Source: a virus
Taxonomy: Duplodnaviria > Caudoviricetes
DNA length: 64,000 nucleotides
Direction: 5' to 3' (one strand)
Virus record (IMG/VR): IMGVR_UViG_3300027754_000037
Shown here: in pieces, positions 37,872 to 46,310 of the stretch
Numbering within the stretch: position 1 is the first letter of the stretch
Layout: each line of letters starts with the position of its first letter
The notes under the pieces: model-generated
Database searches by the model: none
Told to the model about the DNA's origin: nothing
Seen by the model: only the letters and a program-made list of their open reading frames with translations
Translations under genes and position numbers: made by a program

Positions 37872-38957
37872 ATGGCAGATGACACTTTTCGCCCACGCAA
37901 GTTTGAAGAAACGACCCCCAACGATCCAGTCGATATGGCACAGCAGATGCGTCAACAGGTCAATCCTGAAGCAGCCTCTGAAAATCCTGTTCAAGGCGCA
38001 TTCAATATTCAAGGAAATGTTCCGCCAGCTTTTCAGGCAGCTTTAAGCGCAGCCAGAGGCGATTCGCCAAAAGAGCCCAAGCGTGGTTTTGGAAAAATGA
38101 GCACAGGCGGTGAGAGTCCAGTTGCCGCCAAACTTCAAAACTCTGGTTTGTCTGCTACTAGCCATCTTCAGGAACTTCTTCAAGGCCTGCGTGAAAACAA
38201 AACCATCTACGAAGAACTCGAATTGCCTTCTAAGGGCAAGTTCTACAATGGCGAAGACGGCCCTTTAAATGGCGTTATCTCCATTCGTGCTATGACCGGT
38301 GAGGAAGAGCAAATTCTTGCTACTCCCCGATTCGTCCGCAAGGGCCAAGCAATCAACATGATTTTTCAAAAGTGCATCAAGGAGAGTTTCCGACCAGAGA
38401 ACCTCTTGACGATTGATAGAACCTATCTCCTTATTTACCTGCGTGGTATTTCCTACAGCCCAGAATATGAAGTTGAAATTAAGTGCCCCGAGTGCGAAAA
38501 GAAGTTCAGTACCACAATTGACTTGAATAGCCTTTATGTTGAGTCTTGTCCCAGCGAATATGGACCCAATCTTCAAGATGTACTCCCCAACAGCAAGCTT
38601 CCTTTTACCTACAGATTATCAACAGGCAAAGATGAGCAAGACATTCAGGAACACAGGGATCGTCGCCTCAAGGCTTTCGGTGATGCTAGCGCTGATGATA
38701 CTTTGATTTACAGAACTGCACAGCTATTGCTTGACATCGATGGAATTACGGACAAGCAAGAACTTCAAGTCCTCCTCAAAAACCTTCCAATCAATGATGT
38801 CGCCTACATTAGAAGTTTGGTAAATGAACCTCCATTTGGTGTTGATACCAGCATTGAAATGGTTTGTGGCAGTTGCCTTCAAGAGTTTGATATCGACTTA
38901 CCCCTTGAAGCAAATTTTTTCTTCCCCCGGCGCAAGAAGGTGAAGACCCAAGTCTAG
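37872..38957 (+). CDS. Baseplate hub / tail assembly chaperone, T4 gp26-like
   Basis: ELPSKGKFY, IRAMTGEEEQIL, DRTYLLIYLRGISY, CPEC...CGSC, ends ANFFFP; SD AGGAG. Confidence 0.85.
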   Translation: MADDTFRPRKFEETTPNDPVDMAQQMRQQVNPEAASENPVQGAFNIQGNVPPAFQAALSAARGDSPKEPKRGFGKMSTGGESPVAAKLQNSGLSATSHLQELLQGLRENKTIYEELELPSKGKFYNGEDGPLNGVISIRAMTGEEEQILATPRFVRKGQAINMIFQKCIKESFRPENLLTIDRTYLLIYLRGISYSPEYEVEIKCPECEKKFSTTIDLNSLYVESCPSEYGPNLQDVLPNSKLPFTYRLSTGKDEQDIQEHRDRRLKAFGDASADDTLIYRTAQLLLDIDGITDKQELQVLLKNLPINDVAYIRSLVNEPPFGVDTSIEMVCGSCLQEFDIDLPLEANFFFPRRKKVKTQV

Positions 38958-39142
38958 TTCTTTGGCAGAACTTGGCTGAGGAAGTATTCTTTTTCCAATA
39001 CCACTTGCGTCTAGATATGTATGGGTCTATGAGTCTGCCAATCAACATGAGAAGGTGGTTGATTGAAAGGTTTATTCAACAAAAGGAAAGCGAAAATCAA
39101 GCAATGGAGGCCCAACAAAGAAAAGGAAGGTCTAGAAAGTAA
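38909..39142 (+). CDS. -1 frame extension of the gp26-like gene (gp51 / GT-like chaperone segment)
   Basis: 77 open codons in the -1 frame: ...LWQNLAEEVFFFQYHLRLDMYGSMSLPINMRRWLIERFIQQKESE...; stop overlaps the next ATG (TAATG). Confidence 0.75.
   Translation, partial: SKFFLPPAQEGEDPSLVLWQNLAEEVFFFQYHLRLDMYGSMSLPINMRRWLIERFIQQKESENQAMEAQQRKGRSRK
38912..38921 (+). promoter_or_regulatory. Candidate -1 ribosomal slippery site
   Basis: Overlapping X_XXY_YYZ heptamers A_AAT_TTT and T_TTT_TTC in the gp26-like reading frame. Confidence 0.7.
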
Positions 39143-39882
39143 TGGCAAAAGAAAGATATCAAAATCCGAGTTGCGGAGATGAGATTACGCTGCGATTGTT
39201 TACCTACCAAAGTAACAATCGCAGCAATGTCGAAAGCATTACAGAAATAAAAATTTATGTGATTGATGATACGCTCAGAACTTCAGAAAATCCTGAAGGA
39301 TTGCATTTGATTGAAACAATCGATGGATCAAATGTCGTCGAAGAAGAAACTGGACAATATTCGATTACATTTACAGCAAATCCAGACCTTTACATCATCG
39401 GCAATTATTACGATGCATGGACTGTAGTTTTTTCTACTGACGACTGCGCATCATCTGATATCTATAACAAATTCAAGTTGTATAGCCACCTTTGGTTTAC
39501 TTCTCCAGTACCTTTAATTTACGATTTTAACTTTAATTTCAGGCCAAACAGGATTCGCAAGGGCTCAAAACGCTATGTAATGGTGCAAATCACCCCGAAT
39601 GTTCCACGAGGTGCCGATATAACTCCCTATTACGAAAATCTTGCCATAGTCTCAGATTTAAGGGTCAGTATGTCACTTTCTTGTGGAGAATGTGTACCTG
39701 CTGAGGAAGACCTCAGGTTGGTTGTAGATCGGCACCTTGTGGAATATCGGGAAAAGGGTTATGGGTATTGGTATTTTGACACAAGTCTTTATGAAGAAGG
39801 CATTTACGATGTTTGGTTTGAGCTCGCTTTGGGCGAAAACATCTATCTTTCTGAAAAGAATGCCCTACAAATTTTCACTTAA
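39142..39882 (+). CDS. Putative virion protein with two beta-sandwich domains
   Basis: TGQYSITF...YYDAWTV and YWYFDT...GIYDVWFEL patterns; tail module context. Confidence 0.6.
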   Translation: MAKERYQNPSCGDEITLRLFTYQSNNRSNVESITEIKIYVIDDTLRTSENPEGLHLIETIDGSNVVEEETGQYSITFTANPDLYIIGNYYDAWTVVFSTDDCASSDIYNKFKLYSHLWFTSPVPLIYDFNFNFRPNRIRKGSKRYVMVQITPNVPRGADITPYYENLAIVSDLRVSMSLSCGECVPAEEDLRLVVDRHLVEYREKGYGYWYFDTSLYEEGIYDVWFELALGENIYLSEKNALQIFT

Positions 39883-40022
39883 TTGAAAATTTTCCAATTT
39901 ATTTGTATCTAGCGCACAAAACTTCCTGTAAACACATGTGCAACAGTAATTCGTTGTGTTTAACAACAACATGAATTCGTGTTACTGTGACCTACTATTC
40001 ACAGCAATACAGGGAGGTTTTC

Positions 40023-41660
40023 ATGCGCTCTTCCGATTCTTTATCCGCAAAACTGAACTGGTGGATTTCGCACAACAAAAATGTTCTCTTCGTGGGCAAA
40101 CACGGAGTGGGCAAAACGGCGATGGTCAAAGAGGCTTTTGACCAGCATGGTCTCAAATGGCGGTATTTTAGTGCTGCCACGATGGACCCGTGGGTTGACT
40201 TCGTGGGCGTGCCCCGTGAGAAAACGGAGCAAAAAATACCCAAAGAGTTTGAAATCATTCGTGAACTGGCCAGTATAAGCCGTGACATCGCAGTCCAATG
40301 GGTGGTCAACAACTGGAAACTCGATGTTTCTGCCGCTCAGACTGTGGTGCAGCACGCTGTTGATCGCAAGGAGGGTTTGACCCACCTCGAGATAGTGCGT
40401 CCGCACGACTTCGCAAGCGGAGAAATCGAAGCTTTGTTCTTCGATGAGTTCAACCGTGCTCCCAAAAAGGTGCGTAACGCCACGATGGAATTGATTCAGT
40501 TCAAGTCCATTAATGGTCACAAGTTCCCCAAATTGAGGTTCATTTGGGCTGCAATCAACCCAGACGACAACGAGTTGGGCTACGATGTGGAGAAGATCGA
40601 TCCCGCTACGCTGGATCGGTTCATAATCCCCGTCGAAGTGCCTTACAAGCCGAATGTGGAATGGTTCCGCATCAAGTACGGTCAGAGGCTGGCCGACAGC
40701 GCAGTTCAATGGTGGGACGAACTGTCAGACGAGGAGAAGAACAAAGTTTCTCCCCGCCGACTCCAGTACGCACTTGATGTGTTCGTGGAGAAGGGTGATG
40801 TTCGTGATGTTCTGCCTGTAAGCAGCAATGTCAGCAAGCTCATCACGGCTTTCAACACGGGACCCGTCACAGAAAAGCTGGATGCGCTGCTGCGTACCCG
40901 CAACGATGATGACACTCGTAAGTTTCTAAACAATGAAAACAACTTCGCTGCTGCCATCAAGTACATCCCCAAGGCTCCGACCTTGATGGAATACTTCACT
41001 CCGTTGATGCCCAAGGAGAAGCTTGCTTCTCTGATAGACACCGACGAGAAGATGGGTAGCTACATCATCAACAACATTGACACGGTGCCTGTCTTCAACT
41101 CCCTGTGCCACGAGATGGTTGATGCCAATCTCAATGCCAAGGTAGTGAAAAAGATTCGCCGTGCCTTGACCGAGAACGAGGGACTTGCTAAGGCTTATGC
41201 CCAGCGCACCTCGATTCAAAACCAAACCGCTCCGCAACACTTCAATGTGATGCGGGCGAACGCAAAACCTTGGGGTGCTCAACTTGTGGCCTTGAACAAT
41301 GCCGACTTCTCATCGGCTGCGAACAGGTCCGCAATCTACGAGATGATCGCCCAAAAAATACCCGCCAAACTCACGGTTGAGGAGGCGGTTGATACTTTGG
41401 TGCTGTTTGAGAAGCTTTTTTGCGACATCAACAGCATCAATGATGCAAACGAGAAGGGAAAGTGGCACTTCCCAAGTGTCTTGACGGGTTTTGACAAGTT
41501 GATGGGCATGGTGAATCATTGCTTGTACCAGATTCACATGAACACAGGTCAAAACCTTCCCAAGATCATTGAGGAAGGCAAATGCAAGTTTGGTAATCTT
41601 ATGACGAAGATTGTCAACGCTGGCCTGCGCCACCACCTCCCAAATGATGACTTCAAGTAA
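40023..41660 (+). CDS. AAA+ ATPase (MoxR/dynein-related)
   Basis: Walker A GKHGVGKT, Walker B LFFDEFNRA, AAINP, DPATLDRF; SD GGGAGG before ATG 40023. Confidence 0.9.
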   Translation: MRSSDSLSAKLNWWISHNKNVLFVGKHGVGKTAMVKEAFDQHGLKWRYFSAATMDPWVDFVGVPREKTEQKIPKEFEIIRELASISRDIAVQWVVNNWKLDVSAAQTVVQHAVDRKEGLTHLEIVRPHDFASGEIEALFFDEFNRAPKKVRNATMELIQFKSINGHKFPKLRFIWAAINPDDNELGYDVEKIDPATLDRFIIPVEVPYKPNVEWFRIKYGQRLADSAVQWWDELSDEEKNKVSPRRLQYALDVFVEKGDVRDVLPVSSNVSKLITAFNTGPVTEKLDALLRTRNDDDTRKFLNNENNFAAAIKYIPKAPTLMEYFTPLMPKEKLASLIDTDEKMGSYIINNIDTVPVFNSLCHEMVDANLNAKVVKKIRRALTENEGLAKAYAQRTSIQNQTAPQHFNVMRANAKPWGAQLVALNNADFSSAANRSAIYEMIAQKIPAKLTVEEAVDTLVLFEKLFCDINSINDANEKGKWHFPSVLTGFDKLMGMVNHCLYQIHMNTGQNLPKIIEEGKCKFGNLMTKIVNAGLRHHLPNDDFK

Positions 41661-41680
41661 TCATTTGCCCGAATCGTGTT

Positions 41681-41716
41681 AAGGTAGGTCGGGATTAAGT
41701 CCCGGCCTACCTTTTT
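41681..41716 (+). terminator. Stem-loop with T run between the AAA and VWA genes
   Basis: aaggtaggtcgggat-taa-gtcccggcctacctt. Confidence 0.7.
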
Positions 41717-41743
41717 GTTGGCACATAAAAAAAGGATTCAGCC

Positions 41744-43051
41744 ATGCAAACAACTACTCGGCCAGTCATCACTAACGAAGAATGGTATGAGATTAGCAAC
41801 GCTTTGGAACCACATCACGCAGTCTTCTACAAGTTATGGCAGATGGGAAAACCGGTTTTTGACGAACGAATACCTACCGCCTGCGTACAATTCGACAAGG
41901 AAGGTCAATTCGTAGTCTTCCGGTTTAACCCGAAGTTTTGGCAAGAGCTTGATCTACAAAATCGCTTGTTCGTGATCTGCCATGAGGCGCTTCACATCGT
42001 GCTCAATCACGGCATGCGTGCGATTGATGCAAAGATCAACGCACAAGCAACGAATGTGGCGATGGATGTCGTGGTCAATCACACTCTTGTCGAGAAATTT
42101 GGGTTTGATCGCAAAAATATTGACAACCAAGAAAATTACTGCTGGGTCGATACGGTTTTCAAAGACCGTGACCCTTTACCTGAAACCGATGAGGCTTTCG
42201 AGCACTATTACAACTTGTTCGAGAAGACTTACGGAGATGGTGGCATGGGTGACGGCGAGGCTGGCACACCTCAGACCGTTGATGATCACAGCGATATGGC
42301 ACAGCAAGGCCAAGATTGGGGTGATGTGATTGACAAGCTCAACGAGGGTCTTTCCGACGAGGAAAAAGAGACTCTCAAGGATACGGTAAAGAAACACTTC
42401 CAAAAACCTTCCGATAAGCCCATCGAAGATGCACCGGCTGGCACGGGCACGGGTGGTCAATGGGTTTTTGCTGGTGGACCGAAAGCTGTCAAGAAGCAGA
42501 AGTGGGAAACCATCATCCGCAACTGGGCAGCGAAGAGCATGAAGGAAAGCGACCGTGATGTCGAGCAATGGGCTAGGCTGAATCGCCGTCTGACCATGCT
42601 TCCACGAGACATGATCTTGCCATCAGAAATGGAAGTTGATGACTTCTATGACGAGAAAAACAAGATCGATGTGTGGTTCTTCCTCGACACTAGCGGTTCT
42701 TGCTGGAACCTAAAGGATCGTTTCTTTACTGCTGCCGAAAGTCTCCCAGAAAAACGCTTTAATTTGCGTTTATTCTGCTTCGACACGACAGTTGCAGAAA
42801 CCACTTTGGCCAGCAGGAAGATTTATGGTGGTGGAGGTACATCCTTTTGGATCATCGAAGACCATATTCAAAAAGTGATGAAGAATGAAAAGGCACAGTA
42901 TCCCAAAGCGGTTTTCATCATCACCGATGGACACGGTGACAATGTGAAACCGCAGTTCGCCAAGAACTGGCATTGGTTCCTGACTCAAGGCGGTTCAAAA
43001 GTTTACATTTCCAAAGAGTCGAACACCTACAATCTTGGTGACTTTGAGTAG
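41744..43051 (+). CDS. DUF2201-type metallopeptidase + VWA domain protein
   Basis: ICHEALHIVLNH (HExxH), NVAMD..VN, C-terminal LDTSGS MIDAS, GGGGTSF, ITDG. Confidence 0.9.
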   Translation: MQTTTRPVITNEEWYEISNALEPHHAVFYKLWQMGKPVFDERIPTACVQFDKEGQFVVFRFNPKFWQELDLQNRLFVICHEALHIVLNHGMRAIDAKINAQATNVAMDVVVNHTLVEKFGFDRKNIDNQENYCWVDTVFKDRDPLPETDEAFEHYYNLFEKTYGDGGMGDGEAGTPQTVDDHSDMAQQGQDWGDVIDKLNEGLSDEEKETLKDTVKKHFQKPSDKPIEDAPAGTGTGGQWVFAGGPKAVKKQKWETIIRNWAAKSMKESDRDVEQWARLNRRLTMLPRDMILPSEMEVDDFYDEKNKIDVWFFLDTSGSCWNLKDRFFTAAESLPEKRFNLRLFCFDTTVAETTLASRKIYGGGGTSFWIIEDHIQKVMKNEKAQYPKAVFIITDGHGDNVKPQFAKNWHWFLTQGGSKVYISKESNTYNLGDFE

Positions 43052-43058
43052 TCCTCTT

Positions 43059-43099
43059 AGGCGCACGCTTTCTCCTCCCGAGAGCGTGCGCCTTTTTTT
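43059..43099. terminator. Intrinsic terminator
   Basis: aggcgcacgct...agcgtgcgcct followed by T7. Confidence 0.85.
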
Positions 43100-43101
43100 G
43101 G

Positions 43102-43719
43102 CTAAAATCTGGCCCTCCAGCCCGTTTGATCCAGTTCTTGACCTAAGTCCCCAATCGGGTAACGAAAGGCCGTCTTATCGTCAAATTTGAAGCCGAAAAA
43201 AGAAATATCTAATGGGCACAGTTCCTCAACTTGCTGGATGGTTTCCGAATTGTAATATTCACGGTAGTCCAAGTGATCATTGCCACCCATTTTAGGATAC
43301 ATGATATCTTGAGGCATTCTCGTTGCCCTTTTTATTTTTTCCCAATCTTGATCGATATTTGGTAGAAGTGCGACATAGTCTACAGCAATCTGACCCGTGT
43401 AATCAGTTAGGTAGTGGTATTGCTGAGAGTTATCGTACTTCCAAGGCTCCTGTTTCAATTCTTTCATGAAGTCATCAAATGTATTTGCTTTGCATGTTGT
43501 GGTTTCCATTTTTTCATAAAAATACAAGCTCACCAACCTATCCCAAGGATTACGAACTATGGTCCAAATAAAATAATCTTTTATTTTTTCTCCCAATTTT
43601 GCCTTATTTTCCCCGAATCCTGCATGGCTATCGTTAGGCTCGGGGAATAGGTGCCAGAGGCTTCTTCCACCGCATTTCTTGATGTGTATTCGGATGAACT
43701 TGTATTCTTCGCAAATCAT
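43102..43719 (-). CDS. Sulfotransferase family 2 protein
   Basis: FIRIHIKKCGGRSL and TIVRNPWDRLVSLY. Confidence 0.85.
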   Translation of the reverse strand: MICEEYKFIRIHIKKCGGRSLWHLFPEPNDSHAGFGENKAKLGEKIKDYFIWTIVRNPWDRLVSLYFYEKMETTTCKANTFDDFMKELKQEPWKYDNSQQYHYLTDYTGQIAVDYVALLPNIDQDWEKIKRATRMPQDIMYPKMGGNDHLDYREYYNSETIQQVEELCPLDISFFGFKFDDKTAFRYPIGDLGQELDQTGWRARF

Positions 43720-44264
43720 GATTTTTTATGAGTCAGAAAGAACTCATCTTCCAGTTTGAGTAAATGATCAAGAGCCACGGCGGTCCACTTGCCGTATTTC
43801 ATGGAATATTTGAATTCATATCCCTCTAGATTTTCAGTTATAAGAAATGCCAGCCAAGGTTTTCTGGTTTTCTTCCAGCACATCATGGGTTTTCGTCCGC
43901 TGCGTCTTGCATCGGACATAGCCTGTTCCAAAAAACCGTCCAACTCGCTGTTGCCACGCATGAAGACGCTGCTCATGTCGATGCTGTCGTAGCCGCCCTT
44001 GCTTTCAATGGCAAATCCAAAATCTTCTGGGACAACGATGTCTCCGCTGAAAACTTGTTTTGCCTGTTCGCTCAACATGGTTTGCGACCAACGATTGCCT
44101 GAACCAACTGAACGACTGAAAGGCTTACCAAAACGAGATGTCAGAAGCTTGCTCAATTCGAGCTCGTTGCGGTTGCCCTTCTTCTTGCCGTTCACTTTCT
44201 TTTTCCTTGGTTTCAAAAGATCGCCATCGATGATGAAATCATCCATATTTTCAAAATCATGCAT
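43716..44264 (-). CDS. Holliday junction resolvase (PD-(D/E)xK)
   Basis: KKGNRNELELSKLL, GDIVVP...AIESK. Confidence 0.8.
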   Translation of the reverse strand: MHDFENMDDFIIDGDLLKPRKKKVNGKKKGNRNELELSKLLTSRFGKPFSRSVGSGNRWSQTMLSEQAKQVFSGDIVVPEDFGFAIESKGGYDSIDMSSVFMRGNSELDGFLEQAMSDARRSGRKPMMCWKKTRKPWLAFLITENLEGYEFKYSMKYGKWTAVALDHLLKLEDEFFLTHKKS

Positions 44265-44321
44265 TAATCCTCGATCCCGTCCTAGCAGGACGGTAAAGCT
44301 TCACCTTATTTAGAGAGTATT

Positions 44322-45455
44322 TTAGCGGTTAATATTTGCGCTTAGATTTTCAAGTTCTTTTTTCTTGGACTCAAGCTCTGCAATCAGTTCTTCAAATTCG
44401 ATCTTGCCGATAGACTGTTCTTGAACTAGCTGTTCGCTGTATTGTCTGATGTTGTTTACGATATCAATTATTTCATCGCATTTTCTGTCAACCACATCGA
44501 CACGAAGTTCATCTTTGTTTTTTAAATATTCATTTTTCGGTTTTCTGTATTCGTCTCTTTCGTTCAGTTGCGTGACGATTTGAAATTTGGGTTCTACAAA
44601 ATTAAGATCATGTCGCTTGCCATCAAATTGCCAAGGTTTGTAATTGTCTTTGAATATCTCAAACTTGTGAACATCTTTAACTTGCGTTTCTGAATCAGTC
44701 AGTCTGAAGTACCAAACTTGATTGTGGGGGAATTCAATAAGTTTATGAGACCTTGAAATACCTTTGATATCATGCACGCCTTCTTCCCATATTGCTGGTT
44801 CAGACATGAAGAATATTTGACCTAATTGCTCCCTGAGATCAACAAGCCACAGCGGTCTATGCTGGTTTCTAAAAAGCCATAGGTGCCTATCTCCTTCTAG
44901 ACCTCTTTCGCCCAGAGCAACTGCCATGTGTCCTTCGTTGATGAAGCTGAATGTGTTGCGAATTCCAGCAAGTCTTTTTGGGTAAAGATCATCTGGAAGT
45001 TCCAGATCACAGTTTTCGGCATTTTCGATAATTCGTAAAATAATTTCTGAATCACAATTTGAATTTACTACAAATTTTTGCTTGAGCGCATTGTATTCGA
45101 TGTCATCAACACGACCATTATGTACCAATCCCAACGATCTGTCTGTGCTAGTGAACGGATGATTGTTTTTGTTGAAGGCTGGTTCGCCAACACCTTTAGA
45201 AGCTCCTCTTGCGTGAACAAGCAAAAGATTTAGGTCATAACTTTGTATTTGTTTCCAAACTAAGCTTTTAACAAATTGACTAGAGCGTGTTGGTTCCTTG
45301 TGGTAAAGCAAAGCACCATCTTTGCCTGTTTCAACACCCCAATAACCGCTTGCGTCAATTCCTCTGGTTTCGCTTTTTTCAAACAGTCTGGTAATGATCT
45401 GATAAGAAACCAAAGGCTTAGTTGACTTGCCTATGAAGCCTGCGATGCCACAAAT
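44322..45455 (-). CDS. Class II (Ntn) glutamine amidotransferase, probable AUU start
   Basis: ATT-CGIAGFIG..., RGIDASG, HARGAS, NNHPF, VHNG, DSE; the ORF-track start (45413) omits the catalytic Cys. Confidence 0.85.
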   Translation of the reverse strand: MCGIAGFIGKSTKPLVSYQIITRLFEKSETRGIDASGYWGVETGKDGALLYHKEPTRSSQFVKSLVWKQIQSYDLNLLLVHARGASKGVGEPAFNKNNHPFTSTDRSLGLVHNGRVDDIEYNALKQKFVVNSNCDSEIILRIIENAENCDLELPDDLYPKRLAGIRNTFSFINEGHMAVALGERGLEGDRHLWLFRNQHRPLWLVDLREQLGQIFFMSEPAIWEEGVHDIKGISRSHKLIEFPHNQVWYFRLTDSETQVKDVHKFEIFKDNYKPWQFDGKRHDLNFVEPKFQIVTQLNERDEYRKPKNEYLKNKDELRVDVVDRKCDEIIDIVNNIRQYSEQLVQEQSIGKIEFEELIAELESKKKELENLSANINR

Positions 45456-45470
45456 AATACACCTACCTTT

Positions 45471-46055
45471 TTAGAATGCATCCATAGGACCGCTGCTACC
45501 ACCCAGAGGAGGCGCAGCCATATCTTGGCCTGTGCCTACGGGAGGTGTGCCCTGTGGAGATTGATCAAGATTCATTGGCCCCGATGGCGCTCCCTGTGAG
45601 GCGGTTTTGCCACCTTTTTCTGCTTCTGGCGGTTGAGTAGGCTCTGGAGGTTTTGTTTCCGTACCACCCGTACCCTTTTTATCTCCGGTATTTTTCTTGC
45701 CACTCTCTGTCGGGGTAAGCTTGTTGATCGGAATGCCAAGATCAGCAACTAGTTTTTCCAAGGTGTCAGAAACACCTTGAATAATTCCCGGCATATCATC
45801 TTTTTCTTCAATTGACTTCATCAAAGCTACGCCGACCTTCTGCAAAACTAAAAGATTTTTCCTCTCCTCTTTTGGCCAACTACTGTGCAAAACACGGCGA
45901 ATCTGATTTACAATTCTTTGTGAATAGGAAATCATGTCACGAGTGCCAAGATTTTTGGCATCATCTCGCAATTCATGCACAGCAGTTAAAATATTGCCGA
46001 CTTTTTGGGCCAAATAAGCCTGCTGCTCATTTAGAAGAAATTCTTTGAAACGCAT
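45471..46055 (-). CDS. Hypothetical protein with capsid-targeting-like N-terminus and P/G-rich tail
   Basis: MRFKEFLLNE; TATAAATA 4 nt upstream. Confidence 0.8.
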   Translation of the reverse strand: MRFKEFLLNEQQAYLAQKVGNILTAVHELRDDAKNLGTRDMISYSQRIVNQIRRVLHSSWPKEERKNLLVLQKVGVALMKSIEEKDDMPGIIQGVSDTLEKLVADLGIPINKLTPTESGKKNTGDKKGTGGTETKPPEPTQPPEAEKGGKTASQGAPSGPMNLDQSPQGTPPVGTGQDMAAPPLGGSSGPMDAF

Positions 46056-46059
46056 ATTC

Positions 46060-46067
46060 TATTTATA
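46060..46067 (-). promoter_or_regulatory. T4-type late promoter box TATAAATA
   Basis: Exact T4 late consensus, 4 nt before ATG 46055. Confidence 0.65.
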
Positions 46068-46118
46068 GTTGGCAAATACAAAAAATCAATATTAGGACTA
46101 AAAAGTAGAGGTGTTTCT

Positions 46119-46310
46119 GTGAAAATTGGAATTTATCAAATTAGAAATTTAATTGACAAAAAGGTCGCTCAATATAAAAACGGAAATTTTATTCAACAAT
46201 TTGAATCAGTTTCTCAAGCAAGAAAAGAAAAAAATTGTAGTAAAATCTCAGAATGTTTAAGTGGTAAAAGAAAAACCTGTGGTGGTTTCACATGGGCACT
46301 TGTTCAATAG
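46119..46310 (+). pseudogene. Internally deleted GIY-YIG homing endonuclease remnant (GIY stub fused to NUMOD1-like DNA-binding domain)
   Basis: KIGIYQIRNLIDKK joined to VAQYKNGNFIQQFESVSQA...ISECLSGKRKTCGGFTW; strong SD AGAGGTG, so it may still be translated. Confidence 0.65.

Noticed and set aside
29554-39882. Bacterial contractile injection system or tailocin rather than a phage
   Set aside because: Interspersed with gp55-like sigma, gp13/14-like neck genes, nrdAB, gp46/47-like genes and a helicase, which indicates a replicating T4-like phage.
39883-40022. Intergenic gaps here and at 47938-48033 and 61258-61367 as tRNA or ncRNA
   Set aside because: No cloverleaf, T-loop consensus or extended structure recognised; a covariance-model scan would be needed to exclude it.
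45456-45473. Stop read-through fusing the 45471-46055 gene to the amidotransferase (same frame)
   Set aside because: TAA is a strong stop and an N-terminal fusion would block the Cys nucleophile; the SD-led AUU start is simpler.
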